Below, piece after piece: positions 1 through 9,467 of a stretch of 28,493 nt of DNA. The number at the start of each line of letters is the position of its first letter. Within the stretch, counting starts at the first letter, position 1. The position numbers and the translations under genes are program-made. Origin of the DNA: an uncultured bacterium (GTDB lineage: Bacteria; Schekmanbacteria; GWA2-38-11; J061); assembly GCA_964549305.1 (NCBI GenBank), contig CAZJVM010000019.1:1-28493 (forward strand). The letters run 5' to 3'. The notes under the pieces were generated by a model, which saw only the letters and a program-made list of their open reading frames with translations, did no database searches and had not been told where the DNA came from.

Positions 1-2
1 TT

Positions 3-1547
3 TTGATTATTTCCATTTTAATCCTCTCTCTGACATCCATCCCCGCTAAATGCGAAGACAGGGATTTAACAACCGGCCCCTATGATTCTCTTCGCGACTA
101 CATTGAGGCGCTTGATCAGCACGGGAGACTTCTGCGCATAGATAAAATCGATCAGGACAGATACGAAGCAACTGCTCTTCTGTACAGAATATTTGATAAG
201 TTAGGCCAAGACAAGGCTCCTGCTGTTTTGTTCGAAAATATAAAGATAAACGGAAAATGGATGAAAGGTCCGGTCCTTGTAAATGCCTATCCCGGATGGG
301 ACGCAGCTGCAATGATATTCGGTGCAAAAGAAATAAATAACAATCCGGGCGAAATGTACAGGGCGGCGCGTGATGTTCTTGTCAAATCCGTGGAAAGCAA
401 CGACGGAGAATGGAGGAGAATAAAACCGGTAGAACTGGGAGAGAAAGAAAGCAAAAAAGCTCCCTGTAAAGAGGTCATTCTAAAAGGTGATGATGTAGAT
501 ATAATGAGTTTTCCCTGGTTTAAAAACAATCCTAAAGATGCCTCTCAATATATAAACTCCGGAAATGTTTTTATGGAAGACTCCAAATTCGGAAGAAATG
601 TGGGAACATACCGGATTCAGGTAAAAGGGAAAAACAAGGTAGGCGTCAATACTGAACCGGGACAGCACGGATGGCGTTTTATGATGAAGGCAAAGGGGAT
701 GGGTCAGCACGCAGTTCCTGCGGCAATAGCAATAGGTACCGATCCGATTCTCTTTTCGATGAGCTCTACAAAAGTCGCGGATTTCGGAGAAGATGAACTG
801 GAATTTACAGGAGGATTGATGGGAAAACCGGTAGAACTTGTAAAATGTGAGACAAGCGACATTCTTGTTCCTGCAAATGCCGAGATCGTTATTGAAGGCG
901 ACATCATAACAGAACAGGAAGATGAAGGGCCTTACGGCGAGATGTTCGGCTATATGGGGAAACCGCACAAAAACTGGTATATGGAAGTAAAAGCCATAAC
1001 ACACCGCAAGAATCCTGTTTTCGTAAACAATTTTACAGGTATTGTCCACCCATCGATAATGATTCCGTGGTCTATCGGTTCATATATCAAACTTAAAACA
1101 GTAATGCCCTATCTTGTTGATATGTACAATCCAAGAGACCTGACAGGTGTCAGCATACTCAGCATAAGCAAGAGATTTCCGGGAATGGGAATTAATGCAG
1201 GCCAGCTTCTTCTCTCAACAACCTCTTCCAAGATTGCAATAGTCGTTGATGACGACATAGATGTAACGAATCTGCCGGAAGTTCTCAGGGCCGTATCCAC
1301 AAGATGGCAGCCCCATCCGGCAACTCTTATCATCCCTCAGACTTTCGGTATGGGTATTGACCCCAGTATGGCGCAAAGGGGAATAACAAGCAAAATCGTG
1401 ATTGACGCTACAAGGAGAAAGTCCATTGAAGGAGGCCCTGCAGAATGGCCTGAAGCTCTCAGAAAACTGCTTGAAGATAATGCACCTGATTCGTTCACGT
1501 TAGTAGATGAAAACTGGAATGAATACTTCAAAGGATGGAAGGAGTAA
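3..1547 (+). CDS. UbiD-family (prFMN-dependent) decarboxylase with signal-peptide-like N-terminus; 5' end may lie outside the window
   Basis: SLRDYIEAL...LLRI N-terminus, NVGTYR (N-x4-R), AIAIGTDP, EIVIEG, EGPYGE, IVVDDDID and KIVIDAT are UbiD motifs. The leader IISILILSLTSIPAKC is hydrophobic. Confidence 0.9.
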   Translation: MIISILILSLTSIPAKCEDRDLTTGPYDSLRDYIEALDQHGRLLRIDKIDQDRYEATALLYRIFDKLGQDKAPAVLFENIKINGKWMKGPVLVNAYPGWDAAAMIFGAKEINNNPGEMYRAARDVLVKSVESNDGEWRRIKPVELGEKESKKAPCKEVILKGDDVDIMSFPWFKNNPKDASQYINSGNVFMEDSKFGRNVGTYRIQVKGKNKVGVNTEPGQHGWRFMMKAKGMGQHAVPAAIAIGTDPILFSMSSTKVADFGEDELEFTGGLMGKPVELVKCETSDILVPANAEIVIEGDIITEQEDEGPYGEMFGYMGKPHKNWYMEVKAITHRKNPVFVNNFTGIVHPSIMIPWSIGSYIKLKTVMPYLVDMYNPRDLTGVSILSISKRFPGMGINAGQLLLSTTSSKIAIVVDDDIDVTNLPEVLRAVSTRWQPHPATLIIPQTFGMGIDPSMAQRGITSKIVIDATRRKSIEGGPAEWPEALRKLLEDNAPDSFTLVDENWNEYFKGWKE

Positions 1548-1599
1548 AACGCTTTACAACAGCAGGACATAAGTTTTTGACAGGTTAGATTTTTTTGAG

Positions 1600-2388
1600 A
1601 TGAATGGAAATTACGGTCTTATTACGCGGGTTTACTATCTCAGCGTGAAAGCTGTATCTTTTTTACAACAGGTAATCACTCTTCCCTTTGAGGCATTCTG
1701 GCTTGGTTTGATGGACAGGCGCGCCCTTTACGACGTGGACAAATACTACTACGATATCAATCTCTTCTACCAAAACGATGAATACATCAATCAGGGTTTC
1801 TTTGAATGGGAAGAAAAAGCCGTAAGAGAGCACTTTGGGGAATGCGGGGAAATACTCGTTGCAGGCGCAGGTGCGGGCAGAGAGATGCTTGCCCTTTTGA
1901 AAACGGACTTCAGGGTGTCGGGATTTGAATGCAACGGACATCTTGCCGAAATCGCAAACAGGACCTTTTTACAAAAGGGATATAACGCAAAGGTGGCAAT
2001 ATCAGAAAGAGACGGCGCGCCGGACACAGAAGAGATATACGACGGGATAATGGTGGGATGGGCAGTTTATATGCATATCTGCGAAAGTGAAAAACGAATA
2101 GAGTTTTTAAAAAAAATAAGACAAAATATTGCAGATGGCGGTCCTCTTCTCATCTCATTCTTCACGAAAAAGGGAAATCCAAAAATTTATCGAATCATAG
2201 CATCTTCGGGAAATGTTATAAGAAGACTGCTCGGCAGGAAAAAAATCGAAGCAGGCGACCGTCTTGCGCCTAACTTCATTCACTACTTCAGTATCGGTGA
2301 AATCGAAAAGGAATTACAGGCGGGAGGATTTGAGCTTATGGAATTTTCCGCAAAGCAGTATGGTTATGCCGTTGCCCGTGCAAAATAA
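1600..2388 (+). CDS. Class I SAM-dependent methyltransferase, substrate unknown
   Basis: Motif I ILVAGAGAGRE, acidic post-I GFE, YDGIMVGW..YMHI and GGPLLISF follow the class I MTase pattern. Confidence 0.8.
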   Translation: MNGNYGLITRVYYLSVKAVSFLQQVITLPFEAFWLGLMDRRALYDVDKYYYDINLFYQNDEYINQGFFEWEEKAVREHFGECGEILVAGAGAGREMLALLKTDFRVSGFECNGHLAEIANRTFLQKGYNAKVAISERDGAPDTEEIYDGIMVGWAVYMHICESEKRIEFLKKIRQNIADGGPLLISFFTKKGNPKIYRIIASSGNVIRRLLGRKKIEAGDRLAPNFIHYFSIGEIEKELQAGGFELMEFSAKQYGYAVARAK

Positions 2389-2481
2389 AATTAATTTCTT
2401 TTATTGATTTAATCACCAATTAGATATATTTATCTTTCCCCGAGGGTTTTCACAAAAACCATAAAAAACAGAATAAAGACA

Positions 2482-3924
2482 ATGGCATACAGGGATTTAA
2501 GGGAATTTATAAAAAAACTCGAAGACGAAGGAGAGCTTCACAGGATTAGCGCAGAAGTGAGCGCGGAGCTTGAAATCTGCGAAATTACCGACCGGGTGTC
2601 AAAGCAGGGAGGAAAAGCCCTGCTTTTCGAAAATGTGAAGGAAACGAAGATGCCCGTCCTTATCAATATGTTCGGCTCTGAGCGAAGGATGGAAATCGCG
2701 CTTCAGGCAGACTCCATTGACGCGCTTGCATCGGAAATAACAGAAATCCTCGAGACAAAAACTCCTGACTCACTCATCGAAAAGATTAAAATGCTTCCCA
2801 AGTTAAAGGAAGTGGGCGGCTTTTTCCCGAAAAAAGTGAAAGACGCCCCGTGCAAGGAGATAATTATAACTGACAACCCCTCTCTTGACGCTCTTCCCGT
2901 ATTGAAATGCTGGCCTGATGATGCAGGTAAATTCATCACGCTTCCCTGTGTCTTCACACACGACCCCGACACGGGCGCGAGAAACTGCGGAATGTACAGG
3001 ATGCAGGTTTATGATTCAAAAACCACGGGAATGCACTGGCACATACACAAGGACGGCGCGTCTATATATAAAAAATACGCCGAACGTAAACAAAAAATCG
3101 AAGTTGCCGTCGCCATAGGCACAGACCCGGCAGTCTCCTTTTCGGCAATAACTCCCCTTCCCGAGGGAATCGATGAGATGATACTTGCCGGTTTTATCAG
3201 GAAAAAGCCCGTTGAAATGGTGAAGTGCGAGACAATAGACGTGGAAGTGCCGGCAAACTCTGAAATTGTCCTCGAGGGTTATGTGGACCCTGCTGAAATA
3301 AGGACAGAAGGACCATTCGGCGACCATACAGGTTTCTACTCCCTTGCAGGCGAGTATCCCGTTTTTCATCTCAAGGCAATTACAATGAGGAAAGACCCCA
3401 TCTACAACACCATTGTTGTGGGGCGACCTCCGATGGAAGACTGCTTTATGGGCACGGCAGTTGAAAAGCTTTTTTTGCCTCTTTTAAAGAAACAGTTTCC
3501 CGAAATCGTAGACATACATATGCCCTATGAGGGCGTTTTTCATAATTTAATCCTCGTTTCAATCAACAAACGCTATCCCGGGCACGCGCGGAAAATTATG
3601 CACGGACTATGGGGTACGGGACAGATAATGTACACGAAAGTAATCATCGTGACAGACAGCGATGTCAACCTTCGCGACCCGAAGGAAGTCACGTGGAAAG
3701 TGCTGAGCAATATGGCGCCCGGGCGGGATATCGAATTTGTCACGGGACCAACGGAAACCCTTGACCATTCCTCGGAGTCGCACACCTACGGTTCGAAAAT
3801 GGGAATCGACGCGACGAAAACCTGGAAGGAGGAGGGGTTTGACAGGGATTGGCCCGATGAGTGCAAAATGACCGAAGAAGTCACCTCAATGGTTACAAAG
3901 CGATGGAAGGAATACGGTTTTTAA
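2482..3924 (+). CDS. mqnL: Menaquinone-biosynthesis UbiD-family decarboxylase (MqnL type)
   Basis: MAYRDLREFI, NCGMYRMQV, MHWHIHKDGA, EGPFGDHTGFYS, KRYPGHARKIMHGLWG, LDH and GSKMGIDAT. Its stop abuts the mqnA start (TAA-ATG). Confidence 0.85.
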   Translation: MAYRDLREFIKKLEDEGELHRISAEVSAELEICEITDRVSKQGGKALLFENVKETKMPVLINMFGSERRMEIALQADSIDALASEITEILETKTPDSLIEKIKMLPKLKEVGGFFPKKVKDAPCKEIIITDNPSLDALPVLKCWPDDAGKFITLPCVFTHDPDTGARNCGMYRMQVYDSKTTGMHWHIHKDGASIYKKYAERKQKIEVAVAIGTDPAVSFSAITPLPEGIDEMILAGFIRKKPVEMVKCETIDVEVPANSEIVLEGYVDPAEIRTEGPFGDHTGFYSLAGEYPVFHLKAITMRKDPIYNTIVVGRPPMEDCFMGTAVEKLFLPLLKKQFPEIVDIHMPYEGVFHNLILVSINKRYPGHARKIMHGLWGTGQIMYTKVIIVTDSDVNLRDPKEVTWKVLSNMAPGRDIEFVTGPTETLDHSSESHTYGSKMGIDATKTWKEEGFDRDWPDECKMTEEVTSMVTKRWKEYGF

Positions 3925-4737
3925 ATGGAAACAATTCGCTTTGGCTGTCACTCCTTTCTCAACGCAAAGCCGGTAATCAAGTATCTTACTGAAAACGAAA
4001 AGCAGAGGGAAGGCATAAGCATAGAGCTCGGGTCGCCTGCCCAAATTGCAATGGCACTTTCCGAAGGAAGAATAAATGTGGGATTCATTCCCTCAATAGA
4101 GTTTCTGAGAGATAAAGATCTCTTCCTTGTCCCGGGTTTTTCAATTTCATCGCAGGGAAAAGTGATGAGTGTTCTGCTCGAGTCCAGTAAATACATAAAG
4201 GACATTCAAAGCATTGCCGTGGATTCACGTTCGCGAACATCGATTGTGCTGCTTAAAATAATACTTCAAAAAAAATACGGAATTTCTCCTGTTTTTCTTT
4301 CACCTGATTCGCAGATTGGAAACTACAGGGCGGACGCGCGTCTTATAATCGGAGATGAAGCTCTCGAGCTTACTTACGGCGGGAAATTGCCCTATCATCT
4401 TAAAATAATCGACCTTTGCGAAGAATGGTACGATATGACGAAACTCCCATTTGTCTTCGCGCTCATTGCAAGCAAAAGAAAGACGGTGCCCGCGCAATTC
4501 GTGAAACTTCTCACAAAATCACGGGACAAGGGGGTAAGGCGGATAGGAGAAATTGCCGCAGAAGAATACGAGAAATGTGCCGTGAGCAGGGATGCAGTTG
4601 TGGATTATCTCGGAAAAAGAATCTCCTACACACTCTGCGAAAAAGAGCTTGAAGGAATGAAGATGTTTCAGAAGCTTGCTTTCGAAGAAGGCCTGATTGA
4701 CTTCAAACGCCACATAACGCAAGTCGAAACTGTATAG
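3925..4737 (+). CDS. mqnA: Chorismate dehydratase MqnA (futalosine pathway)
   Basis: FLNAKPV, IPSIEF, ISSQGKVMSVLL, SRTSIVLLKI, LIIGDEAL and DLCEEW...LPFVFA match the MqnA family. Confidence 0.85.
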   Translation: METIRFGCHSFLNAKPVIKYLTENEKQREGISIELGSPAQIAMALSEGRINVGFIPSIEFLRDKDLFLVPGFSISSQGKVMSVLLESSKYIKDIQSIAVDSRSRTSIVLLKIILQKKYGISPVFLSPDSQIGNYRADARLIIGDEALELTYGGKLPYHLKIIDLCEEWYDMTKLPFVFALIASKRKTVPAQFVKLLTKSRDKGVRRIGEIAAEEYEKCAVSRDAVVDYLGKRISYTLCEKELEGMKMFQKLAFEEGLIDFKRHITQVETV

Positions 4738-4807
4738 GCACGCAACAGACATTTCACATATTCTTAAAAAAATCTTTTTACAACATTAAAATATGTAAGA
4801 CGCTTTT

Positions 4808-5230
4808 TCAGGAAAAAAGCTCCAGCGCGCTGAAATAGAAGGGAATTTCTATACTCGCCGACTCCGGTGAATCTGAACCGTGAACGGCGTTTTTTTCTAT
4901 ATCCGTCCCGAATTGCGCCCTCAGGGTTCCTTCTTCTGCTTCTTTTGAATTTGTTGAGCCCATAATATCTCTTACCCTCTTGATTGCATTATCTCCCTCA
5001 AGGGCTATGGCAACCATTTTTCCCGAAGTCATAAATTTTACAAGGTCATTGTAAAAGGGTTTGTCGCTGTGCACCGCATAGAAAGCGCGCGCATCCTCTA
5101 CGGAAAGTTTTCTTACCTTAAGGGCAAGAATATTGAGCCCTTCCTTCTCGAAACGGCTGATAATCGCGCCGATTGCGTTCTTTTCCACTGCGTCCGGCTT
5201 TATCATTACAAGTGTTCTTTCAGATGCCAT
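4808..5230 (-). CDS. ndk: Nucleoside-diphosphate kinase
   Basis: [22 protein letters not shown] and catalytic NAVHGSDS. Start moved to the ATG at 5230 (MASERT), which has an AGGAG RBS upstream. Confidence 0.97.
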   Translation of the reverse strand: MASERTLVMIKPDAVEKNAIGAIISRFEKEGLNILALKVRKLSVEDARAFYAVHSDKPFYNDLVKFMTSGKMVAIALEGDNAIKRVRDIMGSTNSKEAEEGTLRAQFGTDIEKNAVHGSDSPESASIEIPFYFSALELFS

Positions 5231-5432
5231 AGTTTGTCTCCTGATTTTTTTTTTGATTTGAAGTGCACTCAATACTTGATAAGAAAAGTGTTGTCAAGGC
5301 GCAATGAATCTATACTATTTACAAATATTTTACAGGACACCAATAAATATCAATTAACATTGTGTTTTAAAAAAGGTTACAATTGCAAAAATGTTCGCAA
5401 GCCATATTTAAATTAATAAAAAAGGAAATTTT

Positions 5433-6746
5433 ATGGATTCCAAAAACGGCGCGCCCCTAAGAAAGATTGTGGGAATAGAAATGCCCCCGGACCTGCATAA
5501 GTACAATTTTTACGCACTTTTCTGGTGTTCAATGGTAATGCTCATCGCCATAACGGCACCAACTGTAATACAGCCCATTTATCTGAAAGAAGTAATCGGA
5601 ATCGCTCCCAAAAATTTCGGCAAAATTAATACCGCTCTCGTTGTAATGAATGAAGTGGCATCAATTCTTCTAATCGGTTACGTGGGGCTTCTTTCGGACC
5701 GTTTCGGCAGAAGGAAAATTATGACTTTCGGTCTTGCCGCAAGCGGAATCAGCTTCATAGTTTACGGCTATTCTCACAACATAGCGGCACTGATAAGCGT
5801 CAGCCCCATCATATTGGTTTTCATTTTGAGAACACTTTACGCGCTTTTTCTTCAGTTTGCCTGGCCTCACGTCTTCACCATTATCGGAGACTATACATAT
5901 CCCTCAAGCCGTGGTAAGGGCATGGCGGCAATAGGACTGACATCTGCTTTAGGCGCTCTTTTCGCGTTCAGCGTATTATCTGTCATACCGAGACAGTTCA
6001 GCATACTCGCGGCTTTTTATACCTGCGGAATAATTTTTCTCGTAAGCGCACTTGTCTCCCACTTCGGAATAGTTGACAGAACGGAAAAGCCGTCCGAAAG
6101 CCACAGCAAGGGAGAGCTTCAGCTTTTAAAGGAAGCGTGGCAGGTGGTGAAGGACAGCTCGCCTCTGAAGATGAGCTACGGCGCGGGATTCATATCGAGA
6201 GCTAATGTGGGAGTCCTGGGCACAATAGTGATGATATGGGCGGTAAACTCGGCGCAGGATTTCGGATTGTCCACGACAAAAGCAATGGCTGTGGGGGGAA
6301 TTTCCGTGGGAATATCAGGAATATTCGGAATAATAACGGCTCCTCTTTGGGGAATCCTCACCGACAGGTGGGGCAGGATGAAGACGATATCGTTAAGTTT
6401 AGGATTGACGGGAGTGGGTTTTCTGCTTCTCTATCCTCTCGAAAGCCCTTTCGGTACAGCACTTAAAGTAATTGTCGTTCTCATAGGGGGAGGACAATTC
6501 GGCGCGATGACTGCCGCGACCACCCTTACCACGGATCTTTCGCCGAAAAGAGTTCTCGGTTCGGTGCTCGGGGGATTCAACACTTCAGGCGCTCTGGGCA
6601 TTTTCGTTCTCACGTCATTAGGCGGAATACTATTTGACAGTTTCGGATATACAAGTCCCTTTCTAATCGTCGGGCTTGTAAATCTTGCCGTTGCCCTCTG
6701 GTGCGCGGTAATTTATTTCAAATACGGCGAGAAACAAATTTCATAA
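5433..6746 (+). CDS. Major facilitator superfamily transporter
   Basis: About 12 hydrophobic segments, with MFS motif A twice (GLLSDRFGRR and GILTDRWGRM). Confidence 0.9.
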   Translation: MDSKNGAPLRKIVGIEMPPDLHKYNFYALFWCSMVMLIAITAPTVIQPIYLKEVIGIAPKNFGKINTALVVMNEVASILLIGYVGLLSDRFGRRKIMTFGLAASGISFIVYGYSHNIAALISVSPIILVFILRTLYALFLQFAWPHVFTIIGDYTYPSSRGKGMAAIGLTSALGALFAFSVLSVIPRQFSILAAFYTCGIIFLVSALVSHFGIVDRTEKPSESHSKGELQLLKEAWQVVKDSSPLKMSYGAGFISRANVGVLGTIVMIWAVNSAQDFGLSTTKAMAVGGISVGISGIFGIITAPLWGILTDRWGRMKTISLSLGLTGVGFLLLYPLESPFGTALKVIVVLIGGGQFGAMTAATTLTTDLSPKRVLGSVLGGFNTSGALGIFVLTSLGGILFDSFGYTSPFLIVGLVNLAVALWCAVIYFKYGEKQIS

Positions 6747-7022
6747 AGTCATCGGGGTGCGCGCCATATTTTTCATGGAAAAGCTTCGCTTAATTTAAAA
6801 ATTTTATCTGCAAACCCGGCACCTTCCATAAAGAACTGTTTTGGCAGCACAACTAAAGTTGTAACGGATTGCCTCGCCCCGCTTTATGTTATGGTTATTG
6901 CGAAAAAAAAGAAATGGCAGGTCCGGATATTAACTCTCTCTTTTGTTTTTCCCCAAAAGTCTGATATTATATAATTCCGATTTTTTGATTTGCCATAAAA
7001 ACAGATTAATTCGTTGTTAAAA

Positions 7023-8753
7023 ATGGATTCTCAAAAAAAACCTTTATACCATTATGTAATATTAACATTCGTTATTCTCGCGGGATTAACTTTTAGATTA
7101 TGGGGTATCGGTTTCGGTCTTCCTTTAAAATACGCAAGACCTGATGAAGACCAGATAGTGGAGTCGGCGCTTTATCTTTTCACCGGTGATTACAATCCGC
7201 ACTTTTACTACTATCCCCACATTTTCATCTACCTTAACCACATTATTTATCGCATCATATATTATGCTGGCCTGCTTTCAGGGGTATATGCCGAAAAAGG
7301 GGATTTTCTTAAAAATTTCATTCTTGCACCATCAATTTTTTTCTATGCGGCTAGATTTATTTCAGCAATTGCCGGCACTCTTACCATATGGTTTACCTAT
7401 ATCACCGCGCGCCGTTTTTACGATTCAAAGGTCGCTCTGTTTTCGTCCGCGCTCCTCTCCTTTGCCTTTCTTCACATAAGAGACTCGCACTTCGGCACAA
7501 CGGATATATGTTTTACCGCGGCAATATTGCTTACCGCCTACTATTCCCACGATTTAATGACAAAGGGGAAAGGTTACATATCCGCTGCAATTGCCGGAGG
7601 AATTGCCGCAGGGTTTAAATATAACGGAGCGCTTTCGTCAATCTTCATTTTCCTTGCCCACGTCATTTACAATATAAAAAGCGGAAATGGTGTGAAAAGA
7701 ATGTTTCTTGACATCAGACTCTACATATCAGGCGCGCTGATGACGGCTGTTTTCATTGCCACATCTCCGGGACTTATCGCCGATTTTTCAAAGTTTTTGA
7801 ACAGAATAACATTTATGGCACAATGGATAGCAAAAGGTGTCGAAGTAAATGACCTGATAGGATGGGCATTTTATCTCAAAACATCACTGTTGTCGGGCAT
7901 AGGAATCCCCTTTTTGGTTTTGGCCGCAACGGGAATCCTTTACGCCCTGTTCAGGCATGGAAAAGAAGATATTCTAATTTTAAGCTTTCCTCTCATATAT
8001 TTCATAAGCATCGGCGACGGATACGGCGTCTTTTCCCGATATATGATTCCCCTCATTCCTTTCCTTTCAATCTACGCGGGAAGACTGCTTCGATACATTT
8101 CTTCGCCGGAAAGTGTTTTCGGAAAAAAAGGAAAAGCCGTTGCCCTCGCTTTTTTAATAATTGCCCTTATACCCAATATTTCAAAGAGCGTTCAATTCGA
8201 TATACTTTGCTCAAAAGAAGATACAAGGGTTGAGGCAAGACATTGGATAGAAACAAATATCCCTACCGGAAGCAGAATCTTTATGCTTGGCAACTACATA
8301 TACAATCTTCCTTATCTCGATATGGGAAAGAAAAGTCTGGAAAGAGAGGTAAATCTTCTTGAAAAGGCTTCAAAAGGAAAAAACCGTTACAGACTTTACC
8401 TGCTTGCCTACGACTATATACTTTCAAATGACATTGTCCCCTCAACGGGCACATACGAATACATAATAGGAAACCACTTCAGCGAAGAAGATATCGAAAA
8501 GTATGACGCAGAATACTTTGTAACGGGAGAAGGTTTCCTCAAATTTTATTCCGGAAAATCGGAAACTGTTGCGCCTCTTCTCGAAAAAAGATTCCGGTTA
8601 ATTAAAACTTTTTCTCCGCTTTCAGGAAACATCGAAAAACCTGAAAAAGCGGTTTTTGATCCCATAGACGCATTTTACCTGCCTCTTTCGGGATTTGGAG
8701 AGTTCGAACGACCGGGTACCGTGATAAAGATATATGCCTTAAAAAAAGAATGA
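7023..8753 (+). CDS. GT-C fold membrane glycosyltransferase (ArnT/PMT-like, GT39/GT83)
   Basis: LRLWGI-type first TM, RPDE acidic loop, YYP, ARFISAIAG, SHFGTTD, GFKYNG and RYMIPLIPFL, followed by a soluble C-terminal domain. ATG 7023 preferred over TTG 7014. Confidence 0.8.
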   Translation: MDSQKKPLYHYVILTFVILAGLTFRLWGIGFGLPLKYARPDEDQIVESALYLFTGDYNPHFYYYPHIFIYLNHIIYRIIYYAGLLSGVYAEKGDFLKNFILAPSIFFYAARFISAIAGTLTIWFTYITARRFYDSKVALFSSALLSFAFLHIRDSHFGTTDICFTAAILLTAYYSHDLMTKGKGYISAAIAGGIAAGFKYNGALSSIFIFLAHVIYNIKSGNGVKRMFLDIRLYISGALMTAVFIATSPGLIADFSKFLNRITFMAQWIAKGVEVNDLIGWAFYLKTSLLSGIGIPFLVLAATGILYALFRHGKEDILILSFPLIYFISIGDGYGVFSRYMIPLIPFLSIYAGRLLRYISSPESVFGKKGKAVALAFLIIALIPNISKSVQFDILCSKEDTRVEARHWIETNIPTGSRIFMLGNYIYNLPYLDMGKKSLEREVNLLEKASKGKNRYRLYLLAYDYILSNDIVPSTGTYEYIIGNHFSEEDIEKYDAEYFVTGEGFLKFYSGKSETVAPLLEKRFRLIKTFSPLSGNIEKPEKAVFDPIDAFYLPLSGFGEFERPGTVIKIYALKKE

Positions 8754-8777
8754 ATAAAAAAGCTTATGGCAAACCTT

Positions 8778-9245
8778 CTAAATGATGTACTTCAGCTTTT
8801 CCGTAATATCCTTCATACGTTTATCCGAGCTTTTTTCCATATCTCTGAGAAAAGCGAGCCTTTTCTTGGAAAGATTGTACTGCTCGACGGCATTCTTTAC
8901 GAGAAGCAAAAGTTCTTTGTGATCAAAGGGTTTATTGAGAAAACCGAATGGTTGAAGCTCATTCACTATGACATTCTCGTCCATATCGCCGGGATAACCG
9001 GTTACGAAGATAAAGGGGATGCTTCTTGTCTTTCTTGCTCTCTTTAAAACGGTAAATCCGTCAATACCCGGCATTTTAATGTCGCAGACAACTGCTGCAT
9101 ATTCATTCGCGGCAATCTTTTCAAGTGCTTCGTCGCCGTTGCATGCTTCGGAAATTTCATAATCGGTATTTTCAAGTGTGTTGCATATTGTCTGTCTTGC
9201 TATTTCGTCATCATCTACTACAAGAACTGCGTTAACCTCTTTCAT
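8778..9245 (-). CDS. Stand-alone response regulator (receiver domain plus short helical tail)
   Basis: VLVVDDD, phospho-acceptor CDIKMPGIDG, FVTGY, KPF. GGAG RBS upstream on the minus strand. Confidence 0.9.
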   Translation of the reverse strand: MKEVNAVLVVDDDEIARQTICNTLENTDYEISEACNGDEALEKIAANEYAAVVCDIKMPGIDGFTVLKRARKTRSIPFIFVTGYPGDMDENVIVNELQPFGFLNKPFDHKELLLLVKNAVEQYNLSKKRLAFLRDMEKSSDKRMKDITEKLKYII

Positions 9246-9467
9246 ATCTGGTTCTCCTTACTTTTACTTTATAAAAATTCCTTTTTTTTCAGTTCTGTGA
9301 TATGCTTATTAATTTAAGAAATACATAAATGTCAACAACAAGTTTCGCGTAAACTAACTTCTTGACATATTTTGACCCCTTATGTTAGCTAATTAGCCCA
9401 ATTTTTAAATTTTTTCAAACTGTTAAACCAAAACATTAAAGTTTAAGGAGAAGGAGAGACAGAAACA

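Noticed and set aside
5069-5416. 115-aa plus-strand ORF and the other short nested or antisense ORFs in the track
   Set aside because: They overlap confident genes on the other strand or frame and have no recognisable domains.
6747-7022. Long intergenic region checked for a riboswitch, sRNA or REP (e.g. GGATTGCCTCG)
   Set aside because: No recognisable riboswitch consensus or convincing stem. An Rfam/Infernal search would be needed.
8766-9047. 93-aa plus-strand ORF right after the glycosyltransferase
   Set aside because: Antisense to the well-supported response regulator and has no motifs.
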